From Candidatus Hodarchaeota archaeon (GTDB lineage Archaea > Asgardarchaeota > Heimdallarchaeia > Hodarchaeales > Hodarchaeaceae), in NCBI GenBank assembly GCA_016839815.1, contig JAEOTM010000076.1, positions 1-64,000 of the forward strand: 64,000 nt of DNA, read 5' to 3'. How positions within the stretch are numbered: position 1 is the first letter of the stretch; each line of letters starts with the position of its first letter. Under the pieces are notes generated by a model. That model saw nothing but the letters and a program-made list of their open reading frames with translations, did not search any database and was not told the DNA's origin. Positions 19,252 through 28,661 of this stretch are shown here, piece by piece. The position numbers and the translations under genes are program-made.

Positions 19252-20280
19252 GTGAAAACATCCATTCTTAGTCCTTCTCCCTCAAAGACAGATATAGTGC
19301 AAGAAGTTGAGCGTTTATATAAGATAATGAAAACATTGAATTGGACTAGAGAACAATGTGAACTAATTGCTCCGCTTACTTGGGAAATCAATCAAAGAAA
19401 GAAAGAACAGAACGCAGTGATCCTCGCTCATTCCTATCAAATGCCTCAAGTTATTTTTGGTGTTGCAGACTTTGTGGGAGATAGCTATGGCCTTAGTCGT
19501 CAAGCTATGGAAGTTGAGGCAGATACTATTATTTTTTGTGGAGTGGAATTTATGGCGGAAACAGCTAAAATCCTAAATCCGGAAAAAAGGGTCTTAATCC
19601 CCTCACTCGAAGCTGGTTGCTCTTTAGCTGAAGGAATTACCGCAGAGGATATAATTAATTTACGTAATCAACATCCTGAAACTCCTGTTGCCTGTTATGT
19701 TAACACCTCTGCTGCTGTAAAAGCTGAATGTGATGTGTGTGTTACAAGTGCGAATGCTGTAGAGATAATCAAGAAATTAGACTCCGATAAGGTAATCTTT
19801 GTTCCAGATAAGCACATGATGAATAATCTTGGGCCACTTACAGGTAAAGATATTGTAGGTTGGACAGCAGAATGCATTGTCCATAACCAGTTTACGAAAG
19901 AACAAGTTCAACAACTTCGCTCAGAGCATTCTGGTATTAAAATTCTAGCACATACCGAATGCGATCCTTCTGTTGTCATGGTAGCTGACTTTGTAGGGAG
20001 TACAGGAGGTATGATCAAATATGTTAAAACATCTTCAGCAGAGAAATTCGCTTTAATAACTGAATGCGGATTAGCAGAGCGTTTAAAAGTTGAGGTTCCA
20101 AACAAAACAATCTTAGGAAGTTGTGTACTCTGCCCACATATGAAAAGCATTAATCTGGAAAATACCTTACAAGTTCTTCGTTCTCCCTCTCCAGAGCATG
20201 AGATTGAAATTCCTTCAACTGTTTCAACCAGAGCAAAGGCATCTTTACAAAAAATGTTTGAACTAACAACCGAGAAGTAA
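19252..20280 (+). CDS. nadA: Quinolinate synthase
   Basis: ILAHSYQ, GDSY.L, FCGVEFMAETAK, AGCSLA, YVNTSA.VKA, CIVH, AHTEC, CPHMK (three Fe-S Cys). Confidence 0.95.
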   Translation: MKTSILSPSPSKTDIVQEVERLYKIMKTLNWTREQCELIAPLTWEINQRKKEQNAVILAHSYQMPQVIFGVADFVGDSYGLSRQAMEVEADTIIFCGVEFMAETAKILNPEKRVLIPSLEAGCSLAEGITAEDIINLRNQHPETPVACYVNTSAAVKAECDVCVTSANAVEIIKKLDSDKVIFVPDKHMMNNLGPLTGKDIVGWTAECIVHNQFTKEQVQQLRSEHSGIKILAHTECDPSVVMVADFVGSTGGMIKYVKTSSAEKFALITECGLAERLKVEVPNKTILGSCVLCPHMKSINLENTLQVLRSPSPEHEIEIPSTVSTRAKASLQKMFELTTEK

Positions 20281-20306
20281 AAACAACTTAATTTTTTGGC
20301 ATCAAA

Positions 20307-21143
20307 CTAATCCACGGAATTTGTTAAGTCTCGAAACGCAGATTTTACTTTTTTTATGCTTGTTTCTGAAGTTCTCCAGATATCTCCTAACTGTGATGAG
20401 ATTTCAGTTCTTAGCTCACTCATTATGTCTATCAATGAGTCACAAGCGTTCATCAATGAAGTTTTTTCAGGTATCGGAAAGAGATTTTTTAAGAGATCCA
20501 AGTCTTCAAGAGAGAATTTTGATTCTAACCTTCTTGTACCAAATGGTGAACGATACCGAAAATGTGCAATCCATTTTTCAACGATCCCTCGAAGCATAAA
20601 GAAATCTGCAGCCAAGGTATAATATTCCCCCCTAGCAATATGGAGGTAACAATAGAAAAGCCAGGCCCAAATACGTTCATCATCGTGAATAATTTCTTCT
20701 ACATCAAGGGATGAAGGGATTTCTGTTGATTTCACATTCAGATTATTACTTACATTCCAATCACTTATCTTAGAATTATCTACATAAGTTAAAAGATATG
20801 GTCCTCCTTCTGGAGGAGGAAGTGTATCCATTGTATACAATACGATATCTGCTTTCACATCAGGGTAGAAAAAATATATGATAAAATGATCTCTAACATG
20901 ATCTGCATCAAATCTATGAAACCATTTGGGTAAAGCCCATTTCCACCTATTTTTCCAGATAGAATCCCGATTGTCATCGGAGTTCACCACAATTCCTATA
21001 TCTATGTCGCTAAATTTATCCATAGAATCAGTAGCACTACTTCCGCTTAGAAAAATCCCAATAACTGATTTAAATGATTTGAAGTAGGCTACTAGTTCTG
21101 AGTAAACACGATAATGTTCCGGTAACTCTTGTAGAACTACCAT
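20307..21143 (-). CDS. Nucleotidyltransferase (aminoglycoside/lincosamide adenylyltransferase-like)
   Basis: Pol-beta NTase motif LSGS....D..SDID; helical C-domain with IARGE. Confidence 0.75.
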   Translation of the reverse strand: MVVLQELPEHYRVYSELVAYFKSFKSVIGIFLSGSSATDSMDKFSDIDIGIVVNSDDNRDSIWKNRWKWALPKWFHRFDADHVRDHFIIYFFYPDVKADIVLYTMDTLPPPEGGPYLLTYVDNSKISDWNVSNNLNVKSTEIPSSLDVEEIIHDDERIWAWLFYCYLHIARGEYYTLAADFFMLRGIVEKWIAHFRYRSPFGTRRLESKFSLEDLDLLKNLFPIPEKTSLMNACDSLIDIMSELRTEISSQLGDIWRTSETSIKKVKSAFRDLTNSVD

Positions 21144-21169
21144 TATGTCACCTTGTGTTTCATAACTTT

Positions 21170-22423
21170 TTATAAGTAGGTTGAGCTGCCAAAGTACCCT
21201 TCTTCTCCAAGTGTCACACTGGAGAGCAAAAAAGCATTTACACCAACTCCATCTCCATTATCATCATAATGCGGATGCTCTGCTCTACTATCCATTACTA
21301 AGGCATAATTAAAGGCTTCTCTCATCGAAATAAAGCCGTCAGTATTTACATCATGCCAAGTAACAGGTGTACCGTCAGGTGTTTGCATATTTACAGCAAC
21401 CATGAAATGATATACAAATTCGTCATATGATCCTTCATTGTCACATGACCATGAGCTTTCAGTCCCAGAGGCTGCAGTCATAATAACACGATTGGATCCA
21501 GATAGCGCAGGTATGAAAATACCTGAATTACATTGTTCCATGACGATTATCATCTTAGCATAATCTATTGGATCTAATACTTCTGCAAAATGTTCTGGAG
21601 ATATCGTTTCGTAATAATACAAACATAATCCTTCTTCCCACCCATGGTTTGTTGTGTATATAAACAAACTATCTTTTGGATCCATAATTTGTGCAAGGTA
21701 GTTAAATGTGTTGTTGAAATGCTGTGAATTGGCAGAAATATTGACAGGCATATCTGTATCTTCTGCTATTCCATCTTTATAAATAACAATGATATTTTGT
21801 GGGTCATAAGCGTATTTATTAACAAGGATTGAATACATGAATTTCAAATCGTTCCAATACCGGCTATAGGCTTTAGCAGCACGATAACCTCCACTGATTA
21901 AAACAGCATATCTATTCGCATATGTTTGAGCTGAATAATTCATAAGAATATGATAAATGCTTTCTCTGTACTGTGGATGTCTTGTCATTACGGTATATGA
22001 GGATTTTTCAAGAAGATACTCAAGTCCACCTACTCCTTCCGATTCTTCTGCCCAAGTTATATTTCCTTTAATCCTAATCCAGCTACCTGTTTCACGAGAA
22101 AGTACACTTGGTACGTCTCCTAATACTTCCATATACTTTGTGGTAGGTATAATAGTATTTTGTTGAAAATCATCCACATTTTTGAGTAATAGCGCCTTGT
22201 GTGATCCACCAAGAACATAATATCCTTCCATGGTCACAATCTTGCCTAAAAATTGTGTTACATTTTCCATTACTTCAGTAATATCCCGCGGAACGTCTTC
22301 CTCGGGAATTCCAGGAGGGGGAATTTCAGGAGGGGAAATTTCAGTAAAATAGTAAAATTGGAACATATTTGCTCCAAGAAGAACAATGACTAATATCAAA
22401 AGAACACTTGTTGTTTTTCCCAT
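21170..22423 (-). CDS. Membrane-anchored C13-family (legumain/GPI8-like) cysteine peptidase
   Basis: N-terminal TM, Pro-rich linker; YAVLISGG, RYWND, His in YTTNHG, Cys in MEQCNSG, IMTAA..ESSW; Ca-loop-like DVNTDGFIS..E. Confidence 0.8.
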   Translation of the reverse strand: MGKTTSVLLILVIVLLGANMFQFYYFTEISPPEIPPPGIPEEDVPRDITEVMENVTQFLGKIVTMEGYYVLGGSHKALLLKNVDDFQQNTIIPTTKYMEVLGDVPSVLSRETGSWIRIKGNITWAEESEGVGGLEYLLEKSSYTVMTRHPQYRESIYHILMNYSAQTYANRYAVLISGGYRAAKAYSRYWNDLKFMYSILVNKYAYDPQNIIVIYKDGIAEDTDMPVNISANSQHFNNTFNYLAQIMDPKDSLFIYTTNHGWEEGLCLYYYETISPEHFAEVLDPIDYAKMIIVMEQCNSGIFIPALSGSNRVIMTAASGTESSWSCDNEGSYDEFVYHFMVAVNMQTPDGTPVTWHDVNTDGFISMREAFNYALVMDSRAEHPHYDDNGDGVGVNAFLLSSVTLGEEGYFGSSTYL

Positions 22424-22518
22424 TATAAATCACGTATTCCAATTAATAAACGGTTTTTCCGATAATCAGATACCTACCTTAAATCCATTGCCACCATTAC
22501 ATATTCGGAGTTAAAAAT

Positions 22519-23394
22519 CTAAAGTAAATCAATTAGTTGAAAAAGAGTATCGACTGCATAGAAAGTGTTTTCCAGAGTAGCGATTCCAGTGTAAGGAGTT
22601 CTAGAAAACCCACCGAGGGTTGTTTGACATCCTTTGACTAATTTGAGAGTTGTATCTAAATATTTTGGTTTATAGGATAACATCCTTGAAACAATGAAAC
22701 CAGCGTGGATATACTCCAAGAAAGATAACGAAGTTCCAGGTATGTTCGTGAATGACTGATGTGGACTGTTACAACTTGAGATGAATCTAGTTACATTGTT
22801 TATCTCATTAATGGGAAAATCCAACCAGTTGAGAATTTGAACCGCCTGCATAGTCTCAGTTAAAGTCGATAAATTTGAACTCCCAAAACCATAATCTTGA
22901 TTCCTAAATGATAATATAAAGGAAATTATTTCTTTTTTTAATTCAGGATATAACTCATGCTTTAATGTAGTAGTAAGACTTGTTAAGAAATAGATTTTTC
23001 GAAAAACGGATATTTCTACAGGCAGATTTTGATCATGGAATGAATGGTATTTATCTAAGATGAACTGGGAAGGATCCTTTGTTGGAGAACTTAGAAAAAG
23101 AGAAAGAGTGTTTATTACATAATATGCTTGAATTATACTGAAGAATCCCCCATCAGGATGTTGTAGTCCGTGTAGATATGAAATAGTGGCGGAACTCTCA
23201 ATCGACTTCTCATCAACCAGTTTTTGGATAGCAATTGCATAATATGTGTCGGAGCTGTTCGCTTCATCCTGACGATAAAAGCAATATCCTCCATTTGTGC
23301 ATTTACGTTCCTCAATGTATTTTAGTATGTTTTCAATTTCATTTTGATTAAGAAGTCCTTTTCTTTGTAATTTTTGCACATTTGTCAGAAGCAA
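22519..23394 (-). CDS. Prenyltransferase/squalene-cyclase repeat protein (prenyltransferase beta-subunit-like barrel)
   Basis: Repeated GG(F/Y)...T(Y/F)YA units: NGGY...DTYYA, QHPDGGF, GFG...ETMQA, CQTTLGGF...NTFYA. Confidence 0.75.
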   Translation of the reverse strand: MLLTNVQKLQRKGLLNQNEIENILKYIEERKCTNGGYCFYRQDEANSSDTYYAIAIQKLVDEKSIESSATISYLHGLQHPDGGFFSIIQAYYVINTLSLFLSSPTKDPSQFILDKYHSFHDQNLPVEISVFRKIYFLTSLTTTLKHELYPELKKEIISFILSFRNQDYGFGSSNLSTLTETMQAVQILNWLDFPINEINNVTRFISSCNSPHQSFTNIPGTSLSFLEYIHAGFIVSRMLSYKPKYLDTTLKLVKGCQTTLGGFSRTPYTGIATLENTFYAVDTLFQLIDLL

Positions 23395-23424
23395 TTCCCT
23401 TCCTAATTTGATCTTCCTTAGTTC

Positions 23425-24048
23425 TCACCATATGAAAGGAATAAATCGCTTAGTTTTTTTCTGGTATTCACCATACTCTTTCTCGAAATATTTTCTTAAG
23501 ATCTCTTCCTCATACTTTGAGATACTCACATAACCTGGAATTCCCAGAAGAAGTAACAATAAAAGAGGATTTTGTAAAACTAAAAGGAAGCCAAGAAAAT
23601 AGTAACAATATGAAGCATATAACGGATGTCGAATATATTTATACATCCCTCCTGTTTCTAATATAATAGGGATTCCCCATGAAAACGCACGTTTCCCTCG
23701 TGAAAGACGACCAACGACAGCGACCACTGTACCTACAGAAATAAGAAGAATCCCAATGAACTGAATACAAATCCCATAAAATCCTAGGTTTGAACCAAGC
23801 GGATAGTAAAAAAAGTTGGACTCAAATATCTGCTCGAATGGTATTAATATAAACAGGACCCATACGGTTAATGAAGACAAATAGGTGAGAGTTGACAGAA
23901 TATCTTGTTTTGCCTTAGGACGTATCTTTTTTTTCCGTGTACTTTCTTCACGTCTGTATGTCATAAGATCCAATGGAAGAGTAATAATCAGATACAACAG
24001 TAGATTTATACCGATTATTATTCCAATATGTACGTAAGCTAGCATCAT
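23425..24048 (-). CDS. Isoprenylcysteine carboxyl methyltransferase (ICMT/Ste14/PEMT) family protein
   Basis: TM protein with G.YKYIRHPLY, EE..L...F..EY..Y.....RFIP. Confidence 0.9.
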   Translation of the reverse strand: MMLAYVHIGIIIGINLLLYLIITLPLDLMTYRREESTRKKKIRPKAKQDILSTLTYLSSLTVWVLFILIPFEQIFESNFFYYPLGSNLGFYGICIQFIGILLISVGTVVAVVGRLSRGKRAFSWGIPIILETGGMYKYIRHPLYASYCYYFLGFLLVLQNPLLLLLLLGIPGYVSISKYEEEILRKYFEKEYGEYQKKTKRFIPFIW

Positions 24049-24120
24049 TTCTCACTTAAAAGATGTGAATTTAGTAGTCAGGGTGTAAGGTATTCAATTC
24101 TATCTTTTTTATAGACGATT

Positions 24121-25032
24121 CTAGCGTTTTGTTGTTTCCTTATATAGTTCTGCAAGTTCATCGATATCAAATTCGTCAACAACGTCTTTTTGCTCTTTTA
24201 ATGCCTTACCCGTTTCCTTCTCATCCAGAATTGCCCGTAATTTTTCATGTTTGGTTCCTTTTATGAGATCTGGATCTTGTAATTTCCCTCGGCCTTTATC
24301 GGTTATTTTCCAGACTTGTTTGAAATCATCATACTCCAAGTCACCTTTTGTACGCAACTTCCTAAGAAGAATGAGAATTTTGTCGCGATTATATTCTACT
24401 TGACCCGTCCTGGATATAATTTCTAGCTGACCCAATAGCGCTAGTAATGGTAAACCTTCTTTCTTTTCTACGAGCATATCGAAGATATAGATGGTGAGTA
24501 GTCTTGAAACTTTATCCTCTAAAGGAAATTTATCCTCTTCCATGCATTCATGGATCCAGACAAGAACATCCCCGAATGACTTTGGAATTTTGCAGGTTGT
24601 GGAAAAAACACGATGTGGACGGTCATATCGGTTTAAAATATCCAAACGATCGATCACTACTGAAGGATGTGTTCTAGAAATATCTACTTTGTTAAACACA
24701 ACAGCTAGAGGTTTTCCAAGTGTAATTGGATTGTTTAATATCCGTAGAAATTCTCTTCTAACCTCAGAGAAGGTTGTTTCATCACTACCGTCAATCACAA
24801 AAATCGTGGCATCGACATGGGGGAGATATTCCTCAACAAACCTGCGTACCTCTTTTCTTCCACCCACTTCGATAAGTGAAAAAGTTGCCTTCCCTTCAAC
24901 GACTATATCATATGATTGATGTGCTGTAGATGGAATTCCAGGCCTAAATTCTCCTTTTTGATATGATGAAATAAGTGTAGATTTTCCACTTCTTTCTAGG
25001 CCGTATAAAAGTACTTGTATCGCTCCTTTCAA
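24121..25032 (-). CDS. Arf-family-like small GTPase fused to C-terminal winged-helix domain
   Basis: G1 GLERSGKST, G3 EVGGR, IFVID, G4 NKVD; C-terminal L..L...G.L......W.ITDKG wing motif. Confidence 0.85.
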   Translation of the reverse strand: MKGAIQVLLYGLERSGKSTLISSYQKGEFRPGIPSTAHQSYDIVVEGKATFSLIEVGGRKEVRRFVEEYLPHVDATIFVIDGSDETTFSEVRREFLRILNNPITLGKPLAVVFNKVDISRTHPSVVIDRLDILNRYDRPHRVFSTTCKIPKSFGDVLVWIHECMEEDKFPLEDKVSRLLTIYIFDMLVEKKEGLPLLALLGQLEIISRTGQVEYNRDKILILLRKLRTKGDLEYDDFKQVWKITDKGRGKLQDPDLIKGTKHEKLRAILDEKETGKALKEQKDVVDEFDIDELAELYKETTKR

Positions 25033-25038
25033 AGTTAT

Positions 25039-25377
25039 TCATTCCTCGTTTTGTTCTACTCTTTCGATTTTAAAATAGACTGGTCGAATCCAGTCAGTAC
25101 AACCCACAATATTACTGTTTTCGCTGGCCATATGAGGAATTGTACCACCATATGCCAGTGCTAGAATATCATGACGAATATCTGCCCATGCCCATTCACA
25201 AAATCCCTCTGGAGATTTATAACTAGTCTCCTCGGTAACCATAAACTCCTGTCCATCCTTGAGACGTTCACAACTCTTGATAGCATGATATTTTTCTTTT
25301 ACATATTTTTTTATTAGATCGTGATTGACGGTTCTCTTCACTACAGTTATTTTACAATCAAACATAATTTTCACCAT
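25039..25377 (-). CDS. TIGR04076-family protein
   Basis: CKITV, C...K.GQEF, PEGFC.WAW, CTD..RPV.FKIER. Confidence 0.8.
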   Translation of the reverse strand: MVKIMFDCKITVVKRTVNHDLIKKYVKEKYHAIKSCERLKDGQEFMVTEETSYKSPEGFCEWAWADIRHDILALAYGGTIPHMASENSNIVGCTDWIRPVYFKIERVEQNEE

Positions 25378-25520
25378 ACTGTGACGTTCAAAAGCAAATC
25401 TCGGAATAAAAATGTTATTTACCTTTCATTCTGAAAAAGATCTTAAAAAATCTCCTGAAAATCTGATTTAGCTGAAATGGTAATGAACCATATCCAATAT
25501 CCCTATTTGAGGAAACCAGA

Positions 25521-25913
25521 ATGAGTGTGATAACATCAATTACAGCAGTACTAGTAATTATAATCTTCATAGGACTTAGTATCTTTCAACTTCTCCTTGC
25601 TCTTGGAAAACCGTATGGGAAGGCAGCCTATGGAGGAAAGTAAGAAGTTTTACCTGATAATTTAAGAAGATTAAGTGTAATTACTCTCTTTATATTCTCA
25701 ATTGCCACGATTTTCGTTGCAGTTCAAGCTGAATTTATTATAAACTTCCCATTTCCTGATATAGCCAATCTAGGTATCTGGGTTTTTGCGATATATTTAA
25801 CAATTAACACGATTGCCAACTTTATGTCTCGGAGAGAATTGGAAAAGAAGATAATGACACCTTTGTCTTTTACTGCTGCGGTGTGCCTTTCCATAATAGG
25901 ATTAAATCTATAA
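25521..25913 (+). pseudogene. Four-TM membrane protein interrupted by one in-frame TAA
   Basis: Manual translation: MSVITS...FQLLLALGKPYGKAAYGGK*EVLPDNLRRLS...EKKIMTPLS...GLNL*. Internal stop at 25641-25643; 131 codons including the terminal stop. Confidence 0.75.
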
Positions 25914-27200
25914 ATCGGTATTCACAGAATTTTGAAGAAGAAGACTAAATCCGATTAAACTTAAAAATTGGCTTATTCCCAAAATTAATTTGGAGAATAA
26001 AAAAGTAAATATACGAAAGATCATATCAGGTTCATCCATCTCTTGTGATGATAAAAGTATCAGTGAATCAGCAACAGAAACTGTTATTAAGAGTACCGGT
26101 ACCAGTAAACAGGTAGTTAAAAGTATTCGCCCTGTCCTATTTCTTTCAAAGTTTTCTGGTCTTTGAACTGTTAGAAAGATGAGAATTAATATTACCAATG
26201 AAGGGATAATTGGAAATAGGTGTGCGAACGAGGGAAATAATCTTCCAGTTGTCGGTAATACAGGAGGAGGAGTAGCGAAATATTGTGGGTCGATATCATA
26301 TTCCAAATTCTCTGTTAATATTGAGAGAATCCCTAGTGAAAATCCGGATATTAACCAGAAGTGAGGCTGTGTAAATAATCTGATTTTACTCAATGTTAAC
26401 ATACTCTCTTCAGGGATCTTGTTTTCTTGAAAACCTGATATTAAAGACATAAGTAGGAATACAAGCGTATAAATTCCAAGCCAGATAAAGATTATTGAAT
26501 TTCTTGTTATAATCGGAGATTGAAAGATTATTCCATGATCATACTGTTCATTGAAAATCCAAGTTGTTAAAATTCGAGGAAACTTATCATGATCAAAGCC
26601 AAAATTTAGAGCTGCAAACGCTATAGCAACACCAATGATGTACAAAATCAATAGAGTAAAGGAATTATGAAAAGCGATTGAAAGGGATAATTTCTGACTT
26701 TTTATTTTCCATAGATAGGTAAATAAGTAAATCATTGGAAAAATAAGCACTATCCCATACATAAAGGAATATAATAAATCTAAATCTGTAAATATTGTTG
26801 TCGATATGCCTAAAAGTATAGTAAAGAGAACACCAACCCCTAATGTAATGTAAAGTAGTAGCAAAAAGTCTTTTCTAAATTTAAAACTCATATCTTCAGA
26901 CTTTACTGAAATTGCTTCTTGAGGGTCTGATTCTAACTTAATCTCTCCATTCTCAAACTTAAGCAATAAGAAGTAGATTTTCTCTCCCAAAGGAGTTAAT
27001 TCGTATAGACCACTAGTATTTTTGTGAATAAGAGAAGATAATTTCTCCAAATGAAATGATAATTTGCTAGTTGACTCTAATGATAGCTCCTTCAAAAAAT
27101 CTGAAAAAGAACGCGGTTCATTATCGAGAAATTTTATAATATCGACTCTAATAGGGTTTGCCACCAAGCTCAACAGTTTTGCTAAATCTTCTGAATCCAT
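25908..27200 (-). CDS. ArsR-type winged-HTH fused to multi-pass membrane domain
   Basis: ANPIRVDII..L...SFS......STSKLSFHLEKL...Y.LT.LG followed by about 8 TMs. Confidence 0.8.
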   Translation of the reverse strand: MDSEDLAKLLSLVANPIRVDIIKFLDNEPRSFSDFLKELSLESTSKLSFHLEKLSSLIHKNTSGLYELTPLGEKIYFLLLKFENGEIKLESDPQEAISVKSEDMSFKFRKDFLLLLYITLGVGVLFTILLGISTTIFTDLDLLYSFMYGIVLIFPMIYLFTYLWKIKSQKLSLSIAFHNSFTLLILYIIGVAIAFAALNFGFDHDKFPRILTTWIFNEQYDHGIIFQSPIITRNSIIFIWLGIYTLVFLLMSLISGFQENKIPEESMLTLSKIRLFTQPHFWLISGFSLGILSILTENLEYDIDPQYFATPPPVLPTTGRLFPSFAHLFPIIPSLVILILIFLTVQRPENFERNRTGRILLTTCLLVPVLLITVSVADSLILLSSQEMDEPDMIFRIFTFLFSKLILGISQFLSLIGFSLLLQNSVNTDL

Positions 27201-27422
27201 CCTGTTTCAAATGACCTGAAATCCCAAATTTTAAAATAATTTTGACAATTTTATCCTGTCAGGTTTAATTGACTATTTGAATCCTCTGCTTGAATTTATA
27301 ATTTTTCGCCATAGAACCATTCCCCCAATCCAAACTCTAGGAAATAGTCATTATTCTCTCAATATTCTGTACTTATTTGTTATTTTCTTCTACACACTCA
27401 AAGTATGTTTAATAATTAAAAT

Positions 27423-27965
27423 TTATTTTGATTCAGCCAAGTATTTTTCTAATATCTCATTAGTAGTTACTAATTTCGCAAAATAACCTCCAAGAACGTT
27501 ATTATGATGCCTAATAATCTGCGAAGCCGAAAGATCTTCAGAATTCCAGGTACTATGGCAATCTTTCACTAGTAATACATTATACCCTAGAGTATAGGCA
27601 CGTCTAACAGTCGTATCGATACAATATTCTGTTTGGAGACCAAGAACTATTAGTGTTTGTACATTCATTGATTTTAGAACTACATCAAGTTCGGTTTTGA
27701 AAAATGAATCAGGTGTTGTTTTCTGAAGAACAACTTCATTGTTTTGGGGTTTAATACTAGGATGAATTTCCCATCCTTTAGTTCCAGGTTCATCTGGATC
27801 TCCTGTCCCACCCATATGTTGAATAAAAATTACTTTCGCTTTAACTTTTCTTGCTGCACTTAAAATTTCTCCTGTGTTTTCAAGTAGAAATTTTCCTTGG
27901 AATATTGGTGGTGAACCAACAAAGTTTCCCAATTGTAAATCCAAAATAAGGAGAGTATGACTCAT
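27423..27965 (-). CDS. Isochorismatase-family cysteine hydrolase
   Basis: LLILDLQ, K...DSF, GLQTEYCIDTT (D-K-C triad). Confidence 0.9.
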   Translation of the reverse strand: MSHTLLILDLQLGNFVGSPPIFQGKFLLENTGEILSAARKVKAKVIFIQHMGGTGDPDEPGTKGWEIHPSIKPQNNEVVLQKTTPDSFFKTELDVVLKSMNVQTLIVLGLQTEYCIDTTVRRAYTLGYNVLLVKDCHSTWNSEDLSASQIIRHHNNVLGGYFAKLVTTNEILEKYLAESK

Positions 27966-28054
27966 CTAATTTCCCTTTTACAAAGACTGATTCAAAATGT
28001 CCTTTACGAAGAGGGAATAAAAAGTACTTTATCTTCATTATTTTTGTTTCATTT

Positions 28055-28483
28055 ATGGCAGAATTGAAGACAAAGAAGAATGATCTTAATGTAGAGGAAT
28101 TCCTGAATTCAGTAACAGATCAAGAGAAGCGTAAGGATTGTTTTGAAGTACTGGAACTAATGAAATCAGTAACTCAGGAAGAACCTTCGATGTGGGGTGA
28201 CAGTATTGTTGGATTCGGTGAATATCATTATAAGTACAAAAGTGGTCGAGAAGGTGATTGGCCCTTAATTGGATTCTCTCCTCGTAAACAGTACCTTACA
28301 CTATACATCATGTCAGGTTTTGATCGCTACGATCATCTATTGTCTAAACTGGGAAAATACAAAACAGGAAAATCTTGTTTATATCTTAAAAAGCTTTCAG
28401 ATGTGGATCACAATGTTCTGGAAAAGTTAGCTAGTGAATCGGTGGAATATGTCAAGATTCATTTAGATTCTCGAAATGACTAG
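28055..28483 (+). CDS. DUF1801/YdhG-like protein
   Basis: MWG.SIVGFG.YHYKY.SGREG.W, GFSPRK, LGKYKTGKSCLY. Confidence 0.85.
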   Translation: MAELKTKKNDLNVEEFLNSVTDQEKRKDCFEVLELMKSVTQEEPSMWGDSIVGFGEYHYKYKSGREGDWPLIGFSPRKQYLTLYIMSGFDRYDHLLSKLGKYKTGKSCLYLKKLSDVDHNVLEKLASESVEYVKIHLDSRND

Positions 28484-28661
28484 TAATATAACTATTAATT
28501 GCAAAACCTATCCCTTAACCCTTTTTAAACAAACCATACTCAAATCCTCAATTCGTATGGTAATTTTTCTTTTCTCTTCTCGCAGATCATATACTGCTTT
28601 CGTGGAGCTCTTAAACGGGAATGTATATTCTTTACACAAAACCTAATCTGGTGAAGTGTGA

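Noticed and set aside
27277-27486. 69-aa plus-strand ORF
   Set aside because: Overlaps the isochorismatase 3' end, low-complexity AT-rich translation, no motif.
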